This document shows positions 1-8,940 of a stretch of 64,000 bases of DNA, one piece after another. This DNA comes from Devosia sp. (GTDB lineage: Bacteria > Pseudomonadota > Alphaproteobacteria > Rhizobiales > Devosiaceae). The notes below the pieces were generated by a model. That model was not told where the DNA came from. It saw nothing but the letters and a program-made list of their open reading frames with translations, and did not search any database. Position 1 is the first letter of the stretch. Every line of letters starts with the position of its first letter. Both the position numbers and the translations under genes were made by a program. Where the stretch lies: NCBI GenBank assembly GCA_036675975.1, contig JAKFDU010000032.1, forward strand, positions 5-64,004. The letters are read 5' to 3'.

Positions 1-61
1 TTTCGGCCGCAATAGGGCGAGCGTCCCCGGGGCCGCCGGAACAGTTCCAAAAACCGGCACT

Positions 62-114
62 CCGAGACGGCTTCCGTCTCATATTTTATTACTACGAGGC
101 GAAAGCCGTCTCGG
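62..114. repeat. 12-bp inverted repeat CCGAGACGGCTT / AAGCCGTCTCGG around an AT-rich core, with an internal GAGACGG-ctt-CCGTCTC hairpin
   Basis: Arms at 62-73 and 103-114; alternative short hairpin 64-80; downstream of the phoR stop. Confidence 0.6.
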
Positions 115-164
115 GGTCCGCTCGTTCTTTGACAACCGCATCGCAGGCGGCGCTCGTGCACGCG

Positions 165-1445
165 CTAAGGCAGGAACACATCCACCCGCATGCCTTCGCC
201 CGGCTTGCTCTTGAACGACAGCTGGCCGCGATGGCGGTTGACGATGTGCTTGACGATGGCGAGGCCGAGGCCCGTGCCCTTCTTCTTGCGGCTGACATCG
301 GCGTCGATGCGATAAAACCGCTCGGTCAGGCGCGGCACGTGCTCGGGCTCGACGCCGGGGCCGTGGTCGATGACCGTGACCTGATGCTGGAAGCCCGGCC
401 GGCCCGCCGGGGCGAGGCTAACTTCGACATACTTGCCAGCCGCGCCATATTTGACCGCATTGTCCAGCAGGTTCTCGAACACCTCGTAGAGCTGGCCGCG
501 GTCGCCGATCGTGGTGCTCGGTCCCTCAAACAGGCTGAGCCGGATTTCGACATCGGCCGCCTTGGCCTGCATCATCAACCCCTCGCGCACTTCGCGCAGC
601 AGTGCCGCCAGGTCGATGCTGCCGGTGGGCCGCACATGCTGGTGCATCTCGATGCGTGACAGGCTCAGCAGGTCGTCGATCAGCTTGCTCATGCGCTCGG
701 CCTGGCCGCGCATGATACCGAGGAATTTCTCACGCGCCGCCGCATCCTTGGCGGCCGGTCCGAGCAGCGTATCGATGAAGCCGCGCAACGAGGCCAGCGG
801 GGTGCGCAATTCGTGGCTGGCATTGGCGATGAAATCGGAACGCAGGGCATCGACGCGCTTGAGTTCGGTGAGGCTCTGGAAGGTCACCACCAATTGCCTG
901 TTGTCATCGGCGAACCACTCGCGACCCGGCCGGCGCAGCGGAGATACCACGACCTTGTCCCAGGTTTCGGACGGCACCGTCTCATGCAGCTCGACGGTGC
1001 GGACGACGCCGTTGCGCATGGCCAGGTCGATCGCCCCGACCAGTTCGGGATTGCGCAGCGAGAAGGTGATCGGGTTGCCATTGGTTACCGACGGGAACTG
1101 CCGGTGGGCTGCCGCATTGGCGTGGAGCACGACGCTACGACGGTCGAGCACCAGGCATGGATCGGCCAGCGCGTCGGCAAAGGCAAAGACCGCGTCATCA
1201 GCGACCTCATCCGACCGCGGCGTCTCGATGGCCTGGGTCACGGTCACCGGATTGACGGGTAGCACGAGGACACCGGCCAGTATGGCTAGAAATCCCACCA
1301 GCGCGGCAACGATACTGATCTCGCCAAACAGCACCAGGCCCACGAACACGGCAACGATCCCGGCCAGCAACCCGCCCTGCGCGACGATGCGCGCTCGTGC
1401 GACCGTCAGCGGTGAAATGGGGCGGCTCGCCCGAAGGTCATCCAT
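165..1445 (-). CDS. phoR: Phosphate regulon sensor histidine kinase
   Basis: N-terminal TM, PAS-like region, H-box DFIANASHELRTPL, HATPase N/G boxes (ENLLDNAVKY, DHGPG, GTGLGL), LSLSRIE motif typical of PhoR. Confidence 0.85.
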   Translation of the reverse strand: MDDLRASRPISPLTVARARIVAQGGLLAGIVAVFVGLVLFGEISIVAALVGFLAILAGVLVLPVNPVTVTQAIETPRSDEVADDAVFAFADALADPCLVLDRRSVVLHANAAAHRQFPSVTNGNPITFSLRNPELVGAIDLAMRNGVVRTVELHETVPSETWDKVVVSPLRRPGREWFADDNRQLVVTFQSLTELKRVDALRSDFIANASHELRTPLASLRGFIDTLLGPAAKDAAAREKFLGIMRGQAERMSKLIDDLLSLSRIEMHQHVRPTGSIDLAALLREVREGLMMQAKAADVEIRLSLFEGPSTTIGDRGQLYEVFENLLDNAVKYGAAGKYVEVSLAPAGRPGFQHQVTVIDHGPGVEPEHVPRLTERFYRIDADVSRKKKGTGLGLAIVKHIVNRHRGQLSFKSKPGEGMRVDVFLP

Positions 1446-1535
1446 GTTTTGTTTCTGTGAATCAGCCAGTTGCGAGGCCCCTTGCGCGCGGGGGCGCCTT
1501 CATAGCACGGTGAAGATGACAACGGAGAGACACCA

Positions 1536-2393
1536 GTGACCGACCCTCTTGATGGTTTCGACCTCGAAAATCCGGAACTGCCCAAGGCCATCAACAAGTA
1601 CGCGATGACCTCGGGCGGCTATCCTTACGAGGATAAGCTGGATGGCGATATCTATGAAGCGCAGATGTATGAGCTGCAAAAGCAATTGGTGCTGCTGCAG
1701 GCCCATCTGGCTTCGAGCGGCGAGCGTGTCATGGTGGTGTTCGAGGGGCGCGATGCGGCCGGCAAGGGCGGCACCATCAAGACCTATCTCGAAAACCTCA
1801 ATCCACGCTACAACCTCATCGCCGCCCTGCCCAAGCCCAACGACCGGGAACGTACGCAATGGTATTTCCAGCGCTATGTCGACTGGTTCCCCGCGGCAGG
1901 CGAAACCGTGCTGTTCGACCGCTCCTGGTACAATCGCGCCGGTGTGGAAAGGGTCATGGGCTTCTGCACCCCGGAGCAGACCGAGCGCTTCCTGGAGGAA
2001 GCGCCAGAATTCGAGAAGCGCATCACGCGGGATGGCATCCACCTCTTCAAGTTCTGGCTGTCGATCGGCCGCGAGATGCAGCTCAAGCGCTTCCATGACC
2101 GCCGCCACGATCCGCTCAAGGTGTGGAAGCTGTCGCCGATTGACCTCGAGGCCCTCAACAAGTGGGACGCCTATACCGTGGCCCGCGACGAAATGCTCAG
2201 GCGCACCGATTGCCCACATGCGCCCTGGACCGTCATCCGCGCCAACGACAAGCGCCGCGGCCGCATCAACGTCATCCAGACCGTGCTGGGCAGCCTTACC
2301 TATCCGGACAAGGACAAGAAGGCGATCGGCGAAATCGACCCCAACATCACGATGAGCGCCGGGGATTTCCTGAAGCTGAAGAAAACGGACTGA
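1536..2393 (+). CDS. ppk2: Polyphosphate kinase 2 (single domain)
   Basis: Walker A FEGRDAAGKGG, QWYFQRY, FDRSWYNRAGVE, DPLKxWKLSPID motifs; GTG start. Confidence 0.93.
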   Translation: MTDPLDGFDLENPELPKAINKYAMTSGGYPYEDKLDGDIYEAQMYELQKQLVLLQAHLASSGERVMVVFEGRDAAGKGGTIKTYLENLNPRYNLIAALPKPNDRERTQWYFQRYVDWFPAAGETVLFDRSWYNRAGVERVMGFCTPEQTERFLEEAPEFEKRITRDGIHLFKFWLSIGREMQLKRFHDRRHDPLKVWKLSPIDLEALNKWDAYTVARDEMLRRTDCPHAPWTVIRANDKRRGRINVIQTVLGSLTYPDKDKKAIGEIDPNITMSAGDFLKLKKTD

Positions 2394-2412
2394 GGGGATA
2401 CCCCCTCCTAAC

Positions 2413-3255
2413 CTAAGAAGAAGTTCCCTCGATGCTGCCCATGCGCTTGCTCGCGGTTGGCCAGCTCAATTCGGTCGTCCGGGCAATCACGGCTTCGACC
2501 ACGGTGAACAGCGCGCCGTTGGCGTCCCAGGTGCGCCCCATGTCGGTCCGGCAGGGCAGTACCAGCTTGGCAAAGCGGCTCACCGGGCTCATCCATTCAT
2601 CGGTGACCAACACGATCTGCGCCCGGCGCGCGGCGAGCTCGACGGAGACGTCGACAAGCCCCGGATCGTAGCGCCGGACGTCGAAAATGATGGCGACGTC
2701 GCCCGGCTTGACGTCGATCAGCTGATCGGCGCGCGTGGCAACCCGGCCGTCAAGCCGCCGCACTCCCTGCCGGATCAGCCGCAGATGGGCCTCCATATAG
2801 CCGGCGACGAAGTCGGTGAACCGGCCGCCGGCCAGCCAGCAGGCCCCTCTTGTGTCGGCCAGCCGCTCGCAGACCTCCTCGAATTCGGAGGCAGGGATCA
2901 GCGAGGCCGAGCCGCGCAGGTTCTCGATTTCCTGGGTCACGAACCGGTCGAGAAAATTCTTGTCCCCGGCTGGCTGGCCGGTGGCAGACTGACTGCGTTG
3001 CAGCGGCGATTTGGAGCGCTCCTCCAGTTCCTCGCGCAGGGCGCGCTGGAAATCGGGGTAGGACTTGTAGCCGAGCTGGGCCACGAAACGCAGCACCGTG
3101 GCCGAACTGGCGCCGGCCTGCTGGGCAAATTCGGCAACCGGCGCCAGACCCAGCGTCGGATAGGACCCCAGCAGCCCGCGCGCCGCCCGTTTTTCAGCCG
3201 ATGTCAGCCGGTGGATCGCGTCGTGGATGCGTCCCGCGACCGATTTACCCTCCAT
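2413..3255 (-). CDS. MurR/RpiR-family transcriptional regulator (HTH + SIS)
   Basis: HTH SSATVLRFVAQLGYKSYPDFQ, SIS domain; start moved to ATG 3255 with GAGGGG RBS; divergent from the catabolic operon. Confidence 0.85.
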   Translation of the reverse strand: MEGKSVAGRIHDAIHRLTSAEKRAARGLLGSYPTLGLAPVAEFAQQAGASSATVLRFVAQLGYKSYPDFQRALREELEERSKSPLQRSQSATGQPAGDKNFLDRFVTQEIENLRGSASLIPASEFEEVCERLADTRGACWLAGGRFTDFVAGYMEAHLRLIRQGVRRLDGRVATRADQLIDVKPGDVAIIFDVRRYDPGLVDVSVELAARRAQIVLVTDEWMSPVSRFAKLVLPCRTDMGRTWDANGALFTVVEAVIARTTELSWPTASKRMGSIEGTSS

Positions 3256-3347
3256 GCGCCCCTCTGAATTTATGATTTCAGCATTGACAGTTTTCGCCAA
3301 TGTGGAACTACTGATACAGAAGTTAATCGACGATGCGTAGAGGCTAA

Positions 3348-4118
3348 GTGGACATCAGCGGACAAAAGGCGGTGCTGGTTTCCAATGCGCGGGGGCGATC
3401 ACCCTTCGTCATCGTCTGCGACCATGCCAGCAACCGCATTCCGGACAAGTATGGCGATCTGGGCCTTAGTCATACCGAGCGGCTGAGCCACATTGCCTGG
3501 GACCCGGGCGCGCTGGCGGTCAGCCACCAGCTCTCCGACCTGCTCGATGCCCCGCTGGTGCAATCCACCGTCTCGCGCCTCGTCATCGACTGCAACCGCG
3601 ACCTGGATGCGCCGGACCTGATCTGGACCCTGTCCGAGACGACGCGCATCGCCGCCAACGAGAACCTCGCTCCCGAGGAGCGCCAGTATCGGATCGAGCA
3701 TTTCCACAAGCCCTACCACGCTTCGATAGAGACGCTGCTGGAGGCGCGGCGCCATGCCGGACAGGAAACCGTGCTGGTCTGCATGCACTCCTTCACCCCG
3801 GTCTATCACGGCGTGGCGCGGCCATGGCCCATCGGGCTGATCCATGGCGCCGACCCCGCCTATACCCGGGCGCTGTTCGATGCGCTCACCGATTCCGAAC
3901 CCGGCCTCGACGTGGGCTGGAACGAGCCCTATGCGGCGCTGAACGGGGTAACGCTGACGCTGGAGCGGCATGGTGACGGGCACGGGCTCGACGCCACCAT
4001 GATCGAAATCCGCAATGATGAAATTCTCGAACCTGCCGGCGTGACCCTGTGGTCGACCCGGCTGGCAAATTGTCTCGAAACGGCGCGGCTGGCGCGCAAA
4101 GGGGCAATGGCAGTCTAG
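3348..4118 (+). CDS. N-formylglutamate amidohydrolase family (probable gamma-glutamyl-glycine amidohydrolase)
   Basis: VCDHASN, HIAWDPGA, SRLVIDCNR, HSFTP, NEPY, MIEIRND motifs; cluster context. Confidence 0.85.
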   Translation: MDISGQKAVLVSNARGRSPFVIVCDHASNRIPDKYGDLGLSHTERLSHIAWDPGALAVSHQLSDLLDAPLVQSTVSRLVIDCNRDLDAPDLIWTLSETTRIAANENLAPEERQYRIEHFHKPYHASIETLLEARRHAGQETVLVCMHSFTPVYHGVARPWPIGLIHGADPAYTRALFDALTDSEPGLDVGWNEPYAALNGVTLTLERHGDGHGLDATMIEIRNDEILEPAGVTLWSTRLANCLETARLARKGAMAV

Positions 4119-4151
4119 ACTTAACCGTGGGCTATTCAGGGGGACGTGACT

Positions 4152-5660
4152 ATGACTGATACCAAGAGGGTCGGCAGTGTCGCCTATGCGACGCGCGACA
4201 AGGACTATTTCGCAAAGCGCGGTCTCGAACGCTATGCCGGCATCTGGTCGCTGTGGGCATTGGGCGTCGGGGCCGTGATCTCAGGCCACTTCTCAGGGTG
4301 GAACTTCGGCTTCATGACCGGCGGCTGGGGCGGCATGCTCGTCGCCGGCATCATCATCGCCATCATGTATCTGGGCCTGGTCTCGTCCATTGCCGAAATG
4401 AGCCCGGCTTTGCCCCATACCGGCGCGGCCTATTCCTTCGCCCGCACCTCGATGGGCCCATGGGGCGGCTTCATCACCGGCCTCTTCGAAAATGTCGAAT
4501 ACGTCCTCACCCCCGCGGTGATCGTCACCTTCATCTCGGGCTATTTCGGTTCAATCACCGGCATGGATACGGCGCTCTACCCAATCCTGTGGGTGGTGTT
4601 CTATGCGGTGTTCCTCGCCCTCAACATCTATGGCGTGGCCCTCAGCTACAAGGTGACGCTGGTCGTGACCCTGATCTCGCTGGCCGTGCTGGTGGTGTTC
4701 TGGATTTCGGCCATCACCCATATGGATTTTGGCCGCTGGGCGCTCAATATTGGCGTCGGCGAAGACGGCAAGGCCGTCGAGCTGCCCGAAGGCAACGGCT
4801 CGTGGTTCCCCTTTGGCTGGCAGGGCGTTCTCGCCACCCTGCCCTTCGCGGTCTGGCTGTTCCTCGCCATCGAGCAGGTACCGCTGGCTGCCGAGGAATC
4901 GGTCGATCCCAAGCGTGACCTGCCGCGTGGCATCCTGCTCGGCTTTGCCACGCTCCTGCTCTCGGCCTTCATGATCGTGCTGCTCAACCCGTCGGTGATG
5001 GGCATCGGCTCGTTCGCCCTGGGCACTTCGCTTGAGCCGCTGCTCGACGGCTTCCGCGCCATCTATGGCGACGCGGGCGCAACGGTCCTGGGCATCGTGG
5101 CCCTCACCGGCCTCATCGCCTCGTTCCACACCATCCTCTACGCACAAGGCCGCCAGGTCTATTCGCTGAGCCGTGCCGGCTACTTTCCGTCGGCGCTCTC
5201 GGTGACGCACGAGAAGTTCAAGACTCCGCATATCGCCATGATTTCGGGCGCATTGCTGGGCCTGGCCGTCATGCTGATCATCTGGTTCGCCAATGGCGGC
5301 GGCGGTGGTGGCGAAACCCAGCTGGGCGACGACATCATCGGCACGGTGCTGCTCAACATGGCGGTGTTCGGCGCGATGCTGAGCTACATCATGCAGGCCC
5401 TGAGCTTCATCCTGCTGCGCCGCAACCAGCCCAATATCGAGCGGCCGTTCCGCTCGCCGCTGGGCATTCCCGGCGCCATCGTCACCATCATCATCGCGGC
5501 GGTGACGCTGTTCTACCAGATGCAGGACCCCAACTTCTTCAAGGGCGTCATCTGGGTCGTGCTGTGGTGCGCCGTGGGTATCGCCTACTTCGCCGCGATC
5601 GGCCGCAACAAGCTGATTCTGTCGCCGGAAGAAGAGTTCGCGCTGGCGCACAAGGCGTAA
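4152..5660 (+). CDS. eat: APC-superfamily permease, ethanolamine permease (Eat)-like
   Basis: About 12 TM segments; WALGVGAVISGHFSGWNFG and LAAEE motifs resemble the Eat family; ATG 4152 fits the GGGGG RBS better than GTG 4146. Confidence 0.75.
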   Translation: MTDTKRVGSVAYATRDKDYFAKRGLERYAGIWSLWALGVGAVISGHFSGWNFGFMTGGWGGMLVAGIIIAIMYLGLVSSIAEMSPALPHTGAAYSFARTSMGPWGGFITGLFENVEYVLTPAVIVTFISGYFGSITGMDTALYPILWVVFYAVFLALNIYGVALSYKVTLVVTLISLAVLVVFWISAITHMDFGRWALNIGVGEDGKAVELPEGNGSWFPFGWQGVLATLPFAVWLFLAIEQVPLAAEESVDPKRDLPRGILLGFATLLLSAFMIVLLNPSVMGIGSFALGTSLEPLLDGFRAIYGDAGATVLGIVALTGLIASFHTILYAQGRQVYSLSRAGYFPSALSVTHEKFKTPHIAMISGALLGLAVMLIIWFANGGGGGGETQLGDDIIGTVLLNMAVFGAMLSYIMQALSFILLRRNQPNIERPFRSPLGIPGAIVTIIIAAVTLFYQMQDPNFFKGVIWVVLWCAVGIAYFAAIGRNKLILSPEEEFALAHKA

Positions 5661-5706
5661 CACTAACGAGGGCGCGGTCACGCACTGCGCCTTCCCCACC
5701 CCCGAT

Positions 5707-5805
5707 GTCATTCCGGCGCAGGCCGGAATCCATGCGGTGTCCCATCCCCGCGCTGGATGCATGCGGAACACCACGGACATGGATCCCGGCCTGCGCCGGG
5801 ATGAC
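5707..5805. repeat. REP-like palindromic doublet (GTCA-tagged family)
   Basis: GTCATTCCGGCGCAGGCCGGAATCCAT (5707-5733) inverted with ATGGATCCCGGCCTGCGCCGGGATGAC (5779-5805); each arm is itself a hairpin. Confidence 0.85.
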
Positions 5806-5836
5806 CCGGTGGGAATGACCAAACGAGGAGAATTCA

Positions 5837-7198
5837 ATGCCCTACACGCTCGCCGAACTGCGCAAAGACGTCGCGGCCGGAGCCATCGACACCGTGCTCG
5901 TCGCCTTTCCTGACATGCAGGGGCGGATGATCGGCAAGCGTTTCCAGGCCGAGTATTTCCTCGAAGTCGCCAATGACGAAACCCATGGCTGCGACTACCT
6001 GCTCGCCGACGACATCGACATGGAGCCGGTGCCTGGCTACGAGGCCGCCAACTGGGGCAAGGGCTATGGCGATTTCGTCATGAAGCCTGACCTCGGCACA
6101 CTGATGAAAGCGAGCTGGCTCGAGGGCACCGCGATCGTGCTCTGCGATCTCAGCGACCACCATCACCACGAGCCGATTGCCCACAGTCCGCGCGCCATTC
6201 TCAAGGCGCAGATCGCTCGCCTTGCCGCCATGGGCTACACCGCCAATGCCGCGACCGAGCTCGAATTTTACCTCTTCGACGAGGATTACCGCACCATTAC
6301 CCAGAAGGGGCACGCGCGCGCGCAGACCGCTGGCGACTACATCCAAGATTACCACATCTTCCAGACCACCAAGGAAGAAGGCGTGATGCGTGCCCTGCGC
6401 AAGCACCTGCAGGCTTCAGGAATTCCAGTCGAAAGCTCCAAGGGTGAATGGGGGCCGGGACAGGAAGAGATCAACGTCAAATATTCCGACGCCCTCACCA
6501 TGGCCGACCGCCACGTGGTGCTCAAGAATGCCACCAAGGAAATCGCCTGGGCCCAGGGCAAGGCCGTGACCTTCATGGCCAAGTGGGACTATGGGCTGGC
6601 CGGATCATCGAGCCACATCCACATGTCGCTGGCCGACAAAGCCGGCAAGCCGCTATTCGTCGACGGCAAGGACGAGCGCGGCATGAGCGACCTGATGAAG
6701 CATTTCATGGCCGGCCAGCTGGCCTATGCCCGCGACATCACCTATTTCCTCGCGCCCTATATCAACAGCTACAAGCGCTTCCAGGCCGGCACCTTCGCGC
6801 CCACCAAGGCGATCTGGTCCCCTGATAACCGCACCGCCGGCTTCCGCCTCTGCGGTGAACACTCCAAGTCCATCCGTGTCGAATGCCGCATGGGCGGCGC
6901 CGATCTCAATCCCTATCTCGCCATCGCGGCTTTGCTTGCCGCGGGCATCAAGGGCATCGAGGACAAGCTGCCGCTGGAGCCGGCCTTTGTCGGCGACGCC
7001 TATATCACCAAGAAGCTGCGCGAAATTCCCAAGACGCTGCGCGAAGCCACCGACACACTCCGCAAATCGAAAATGCTCAAGGACGCGTTTGGCGAACAGG
7101 TCATCGGCCATTATGTGCACACAGCCGAATGGGAACAGTTCGAATATGATCGTCGGGTGACCGATTGGGAGCTGAAACGCGGGTTTGAACGGAGCTGA
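5837..7198 (+). CDS. Glutamine synthetase-like gamma-glutamyl-amine ligase
   Basis: FPDMQGRMIGKR, ATELEF, EWGPGQEE, TFMAKW, GSSSHIHMS, DNRTAGFR, RVECR motifs of the PuuA/GlnA4-type subfamily. Confidence 0.88.
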   Translation: MPYTLAELRKDVAAGAIDTVLVAFPDMQGRMIGKRFQAEYFLEVANDETHGCDYLLADDIDMEPVPGYEAANWGKGYGDFVMKPDLGTLMKASWLEGTAIVLCDLSDHHHHEPIAHSPRAILKAQIARLAAMGYTANAATELEFYLFDEDYRTITQKGHARAQTAGDYIQDYHIFQTTKEEGVMRALRKHLQASGIPVESSKGEWGPGQEEINVKYSDALTMADRHVVLKNATKEIAWAQGKAVTFMAKWDYGLAGSSSHIHMSLADKAGKPLFVDGKDERGMSDLMKHFMAGQLAYARDITYFLAPYINSYKRFQAGTFAPTKAIWSPDNRTAGFRLCGEHSKSIRVECRMGGADLNPYLAIAALLAAGIKGIEDKLPLEPAFVGDAYITKKLREIPKTLREATDTLRKSKMLKDAFGEQVIGHYVHTAEWEQFEYDRRVTDWELKRGFERS

Positions 7199-7229
7199 CG
7201 GTCTTGGCAAAACCCCATTCCACCCCCAG

Positions 7230-7315
7230 CGTCATTGCCGGGCTTGTCCCGGCAATCCATTGAGCCATCCCCCTCTGCGGATACGTGGATTACCCGGACA
7301 AGCCGGGTAATGACG
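7230..7315. repeat. REP-like palindromic doublet (CGTC-tagged)
   Basis: CGTCATTGCCGGGCTTGTCCCGGCAATCCA ... TGGATTACCCGGACAAGCCGGGTAATGACG. Confidence 0.85.
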
Positions 7316-7378
7316 TGGTGGATAGGCAAATCGCGCGGCAGGCATTAGGCCTCCGCCAGTCCGAGCGAAAGGCAAGCC

Positions 7379-8761
7379 ATGACCGAAACGGTCAAGATCA
7401 TCTCCCCCATCGACGGCAGCGTCTATGCCGAACGCCCTCTCGCCACATCAGCCGAGATCGACAGCGCCGTCACCCGCGCCAGGGCCGCGCGACGGGCCTG
7501 GGGCGAGACCACCATTGCCGAGCGCCAGAAGATCCTCAGCCATTTCGTCGATGCCCTGCTGTTGATGAATGACGAGATCGTGCCCGAACTGGCCTGGCAG
7601 ATGGGCCGGCCGATCCGCTTCGGGGGCGAGAAGCGCGGCGTCGAGGAACGCAGCCGCTACATGATCGAGCTGGCCGCCGAAGCCCTCGTGCCCTCGATGC
7701 GGCCCGAGAAGGAAGGCTTCATCCGTTACATCACCCGCGAGGCACTCGGCACGGTGATGGTGATAGCGCCGTGGAACTACCCGTTCCTGACGGCGGTCAA
7801 TTCCATCGTGCCGGGCCTGATGGCCGGTAATGCCATCATCCTCAAGCATGCCAGCCAGACGCTGCTGGCCGGCGAACGCTTCGCCGCTGCCGCCGAAAGT
7901 GCGGGGCTGCCGGCGGGGCTGTTCCAGAATCTGGTGCTCGGCCATGCCGATACCGAAAAGCTCATCGCGTCTGGCCAGATCGACCACATCAATTTCACCG
8001 GCTCGGTCGAAGGCGGCCGCCGCATCGAGAAGGCCGCTGCCGGCACCTTCGCCACGCTCGGCCTCGAGCTGGGCGGCAAGGACCCCGCCTATGTTCGCGC
8101 CGATGCCAATCTCGACAATGCGGTCGAGAACCTGGTCGATGGTTCCTTCTTCAATTCGGGGCAGAGCTGCTGCGGCGTCGAGCGCATCTATGTGCATGAG
8201 AGTGTCTACGGCAATTTCGTCGAACGCTTCATCGACAGCGCGCGCGGCTGGACGCTGGGCAATCCGCTCGATCCCGACACCATTGTCGGTCCGATGGCTC
8301 GCGGCAATTTCGCCGACCATGTCCGCCAGCAGACCGAGGAAGCGTTGCGCAGTGGGGCCACGCGACATCTGAACTCAAAGCATGAGTTGGACACGCCCGG
8401 CTCGCCCTATCTGGCGCCGGAAGTGCTGACCAACGTCAACCACCAGATGTCGGTCATGCGCGAGGAGAGCTTCGGCCCGGTGGTCGGCATCATGAAGGTC
8501 GCTGACGACGCCGAAGCCATCACCCTGATGAACGACAGCCCCTATGGCCTCACTGCCTCTGTCTGGACCGAGGACCTTGACGCAGCGGCAAGGCTGGGGG
8601 GACAGATTGAAACCGGCACTGTCTTCGCCAACAGGTGCGACTATCTCGATCCGGCACTGGTCTGGACCGGGGTCAAGGACACCGGCAAGGGCGGAGGATT
8701 GAGCGAAATCGGGTATGCGAATTTGACACAGCCGAAGAGTTATCATTTGAAGCGGGTGTAG
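7379..8761 (+). CDS. NAD-dependent aldehyde dehydrogenase
   Basis: APWNYP, FTGS, LELGGKDP, catalytic GQSCC, EESFGP motifs. Confidence 0.92.
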   Translation: MTETVKIISPIDGSVYAERPLATSAEIDSAVTRARAARRAWGETTIAERQKILSHFVDALLLMNDEIVPELAWQMGRPIRFGGEKRGVEERSRYMIELAAEALVPSMRPEKEGFIRYITREALGTVMVIAPWNYPFLTAVNSIVPGLMAGNAIILKHASQTLLAGERFAAAAESAGLPAGLFQNLVLGHADTEKLIASGQIDHINFTGSVEGGRRIEKAAAGTFATLGLELGGKDPAYVRADANLDNAVENLVDGSFFNSGQSCCGVERIYVHESVYGNFVERFIDSARGWTLGNPLDPDTIVGPMARGNFADHVRQQTEEALRSGATRHLNSKHELDTPGSPYLAPEVLTNVNHQMSVMREESFGPVVGIMKVADDAEAITLMNDSPYGLTASVWTEDLDAAARLGGQIETGTVFANRCDYLDPALVWTGVKDTGKGGGLSEIGYANLTQPKSYHLKRV

Positions 8762-8785
8762 TGCCCGCGATTGTCCCACCCACGG

Positions 8786-8915
8786 CGTCATTCCGGCGGA
8801 GGCCGGAATCCATGTCCGTGGTCAACAGCAACATCCAGCGTGTGGCGCGCCCACCGCATGGATTCCGGACCAGAGTGTACCCTCGGGCGCGACGCGACCC
8901 GGGGGCCGGAATGAC
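8786..8915. repeat. Composite REP-like doublet with a second palindrome inside the right arm
   Basis: Left arm CGTCATTCCGGCGGAGGCCGGAATCCAT; right arm ATGGATTCCGG...GCCGGAATGAC interrupted by CCCTCGGGCGCGACGCGACCCGGGGG. Confidence 0.75.
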
Positions 8916-8940
8916 ACCGCGAATGTGAAGGCACAGCGCC

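Noticed and set aside
1505-1530. Pho box between phoR and ppk2
   Set aside because: Only one half-site (TTGTCAT on the minus strand); the second repeat 4 nt away does not match.
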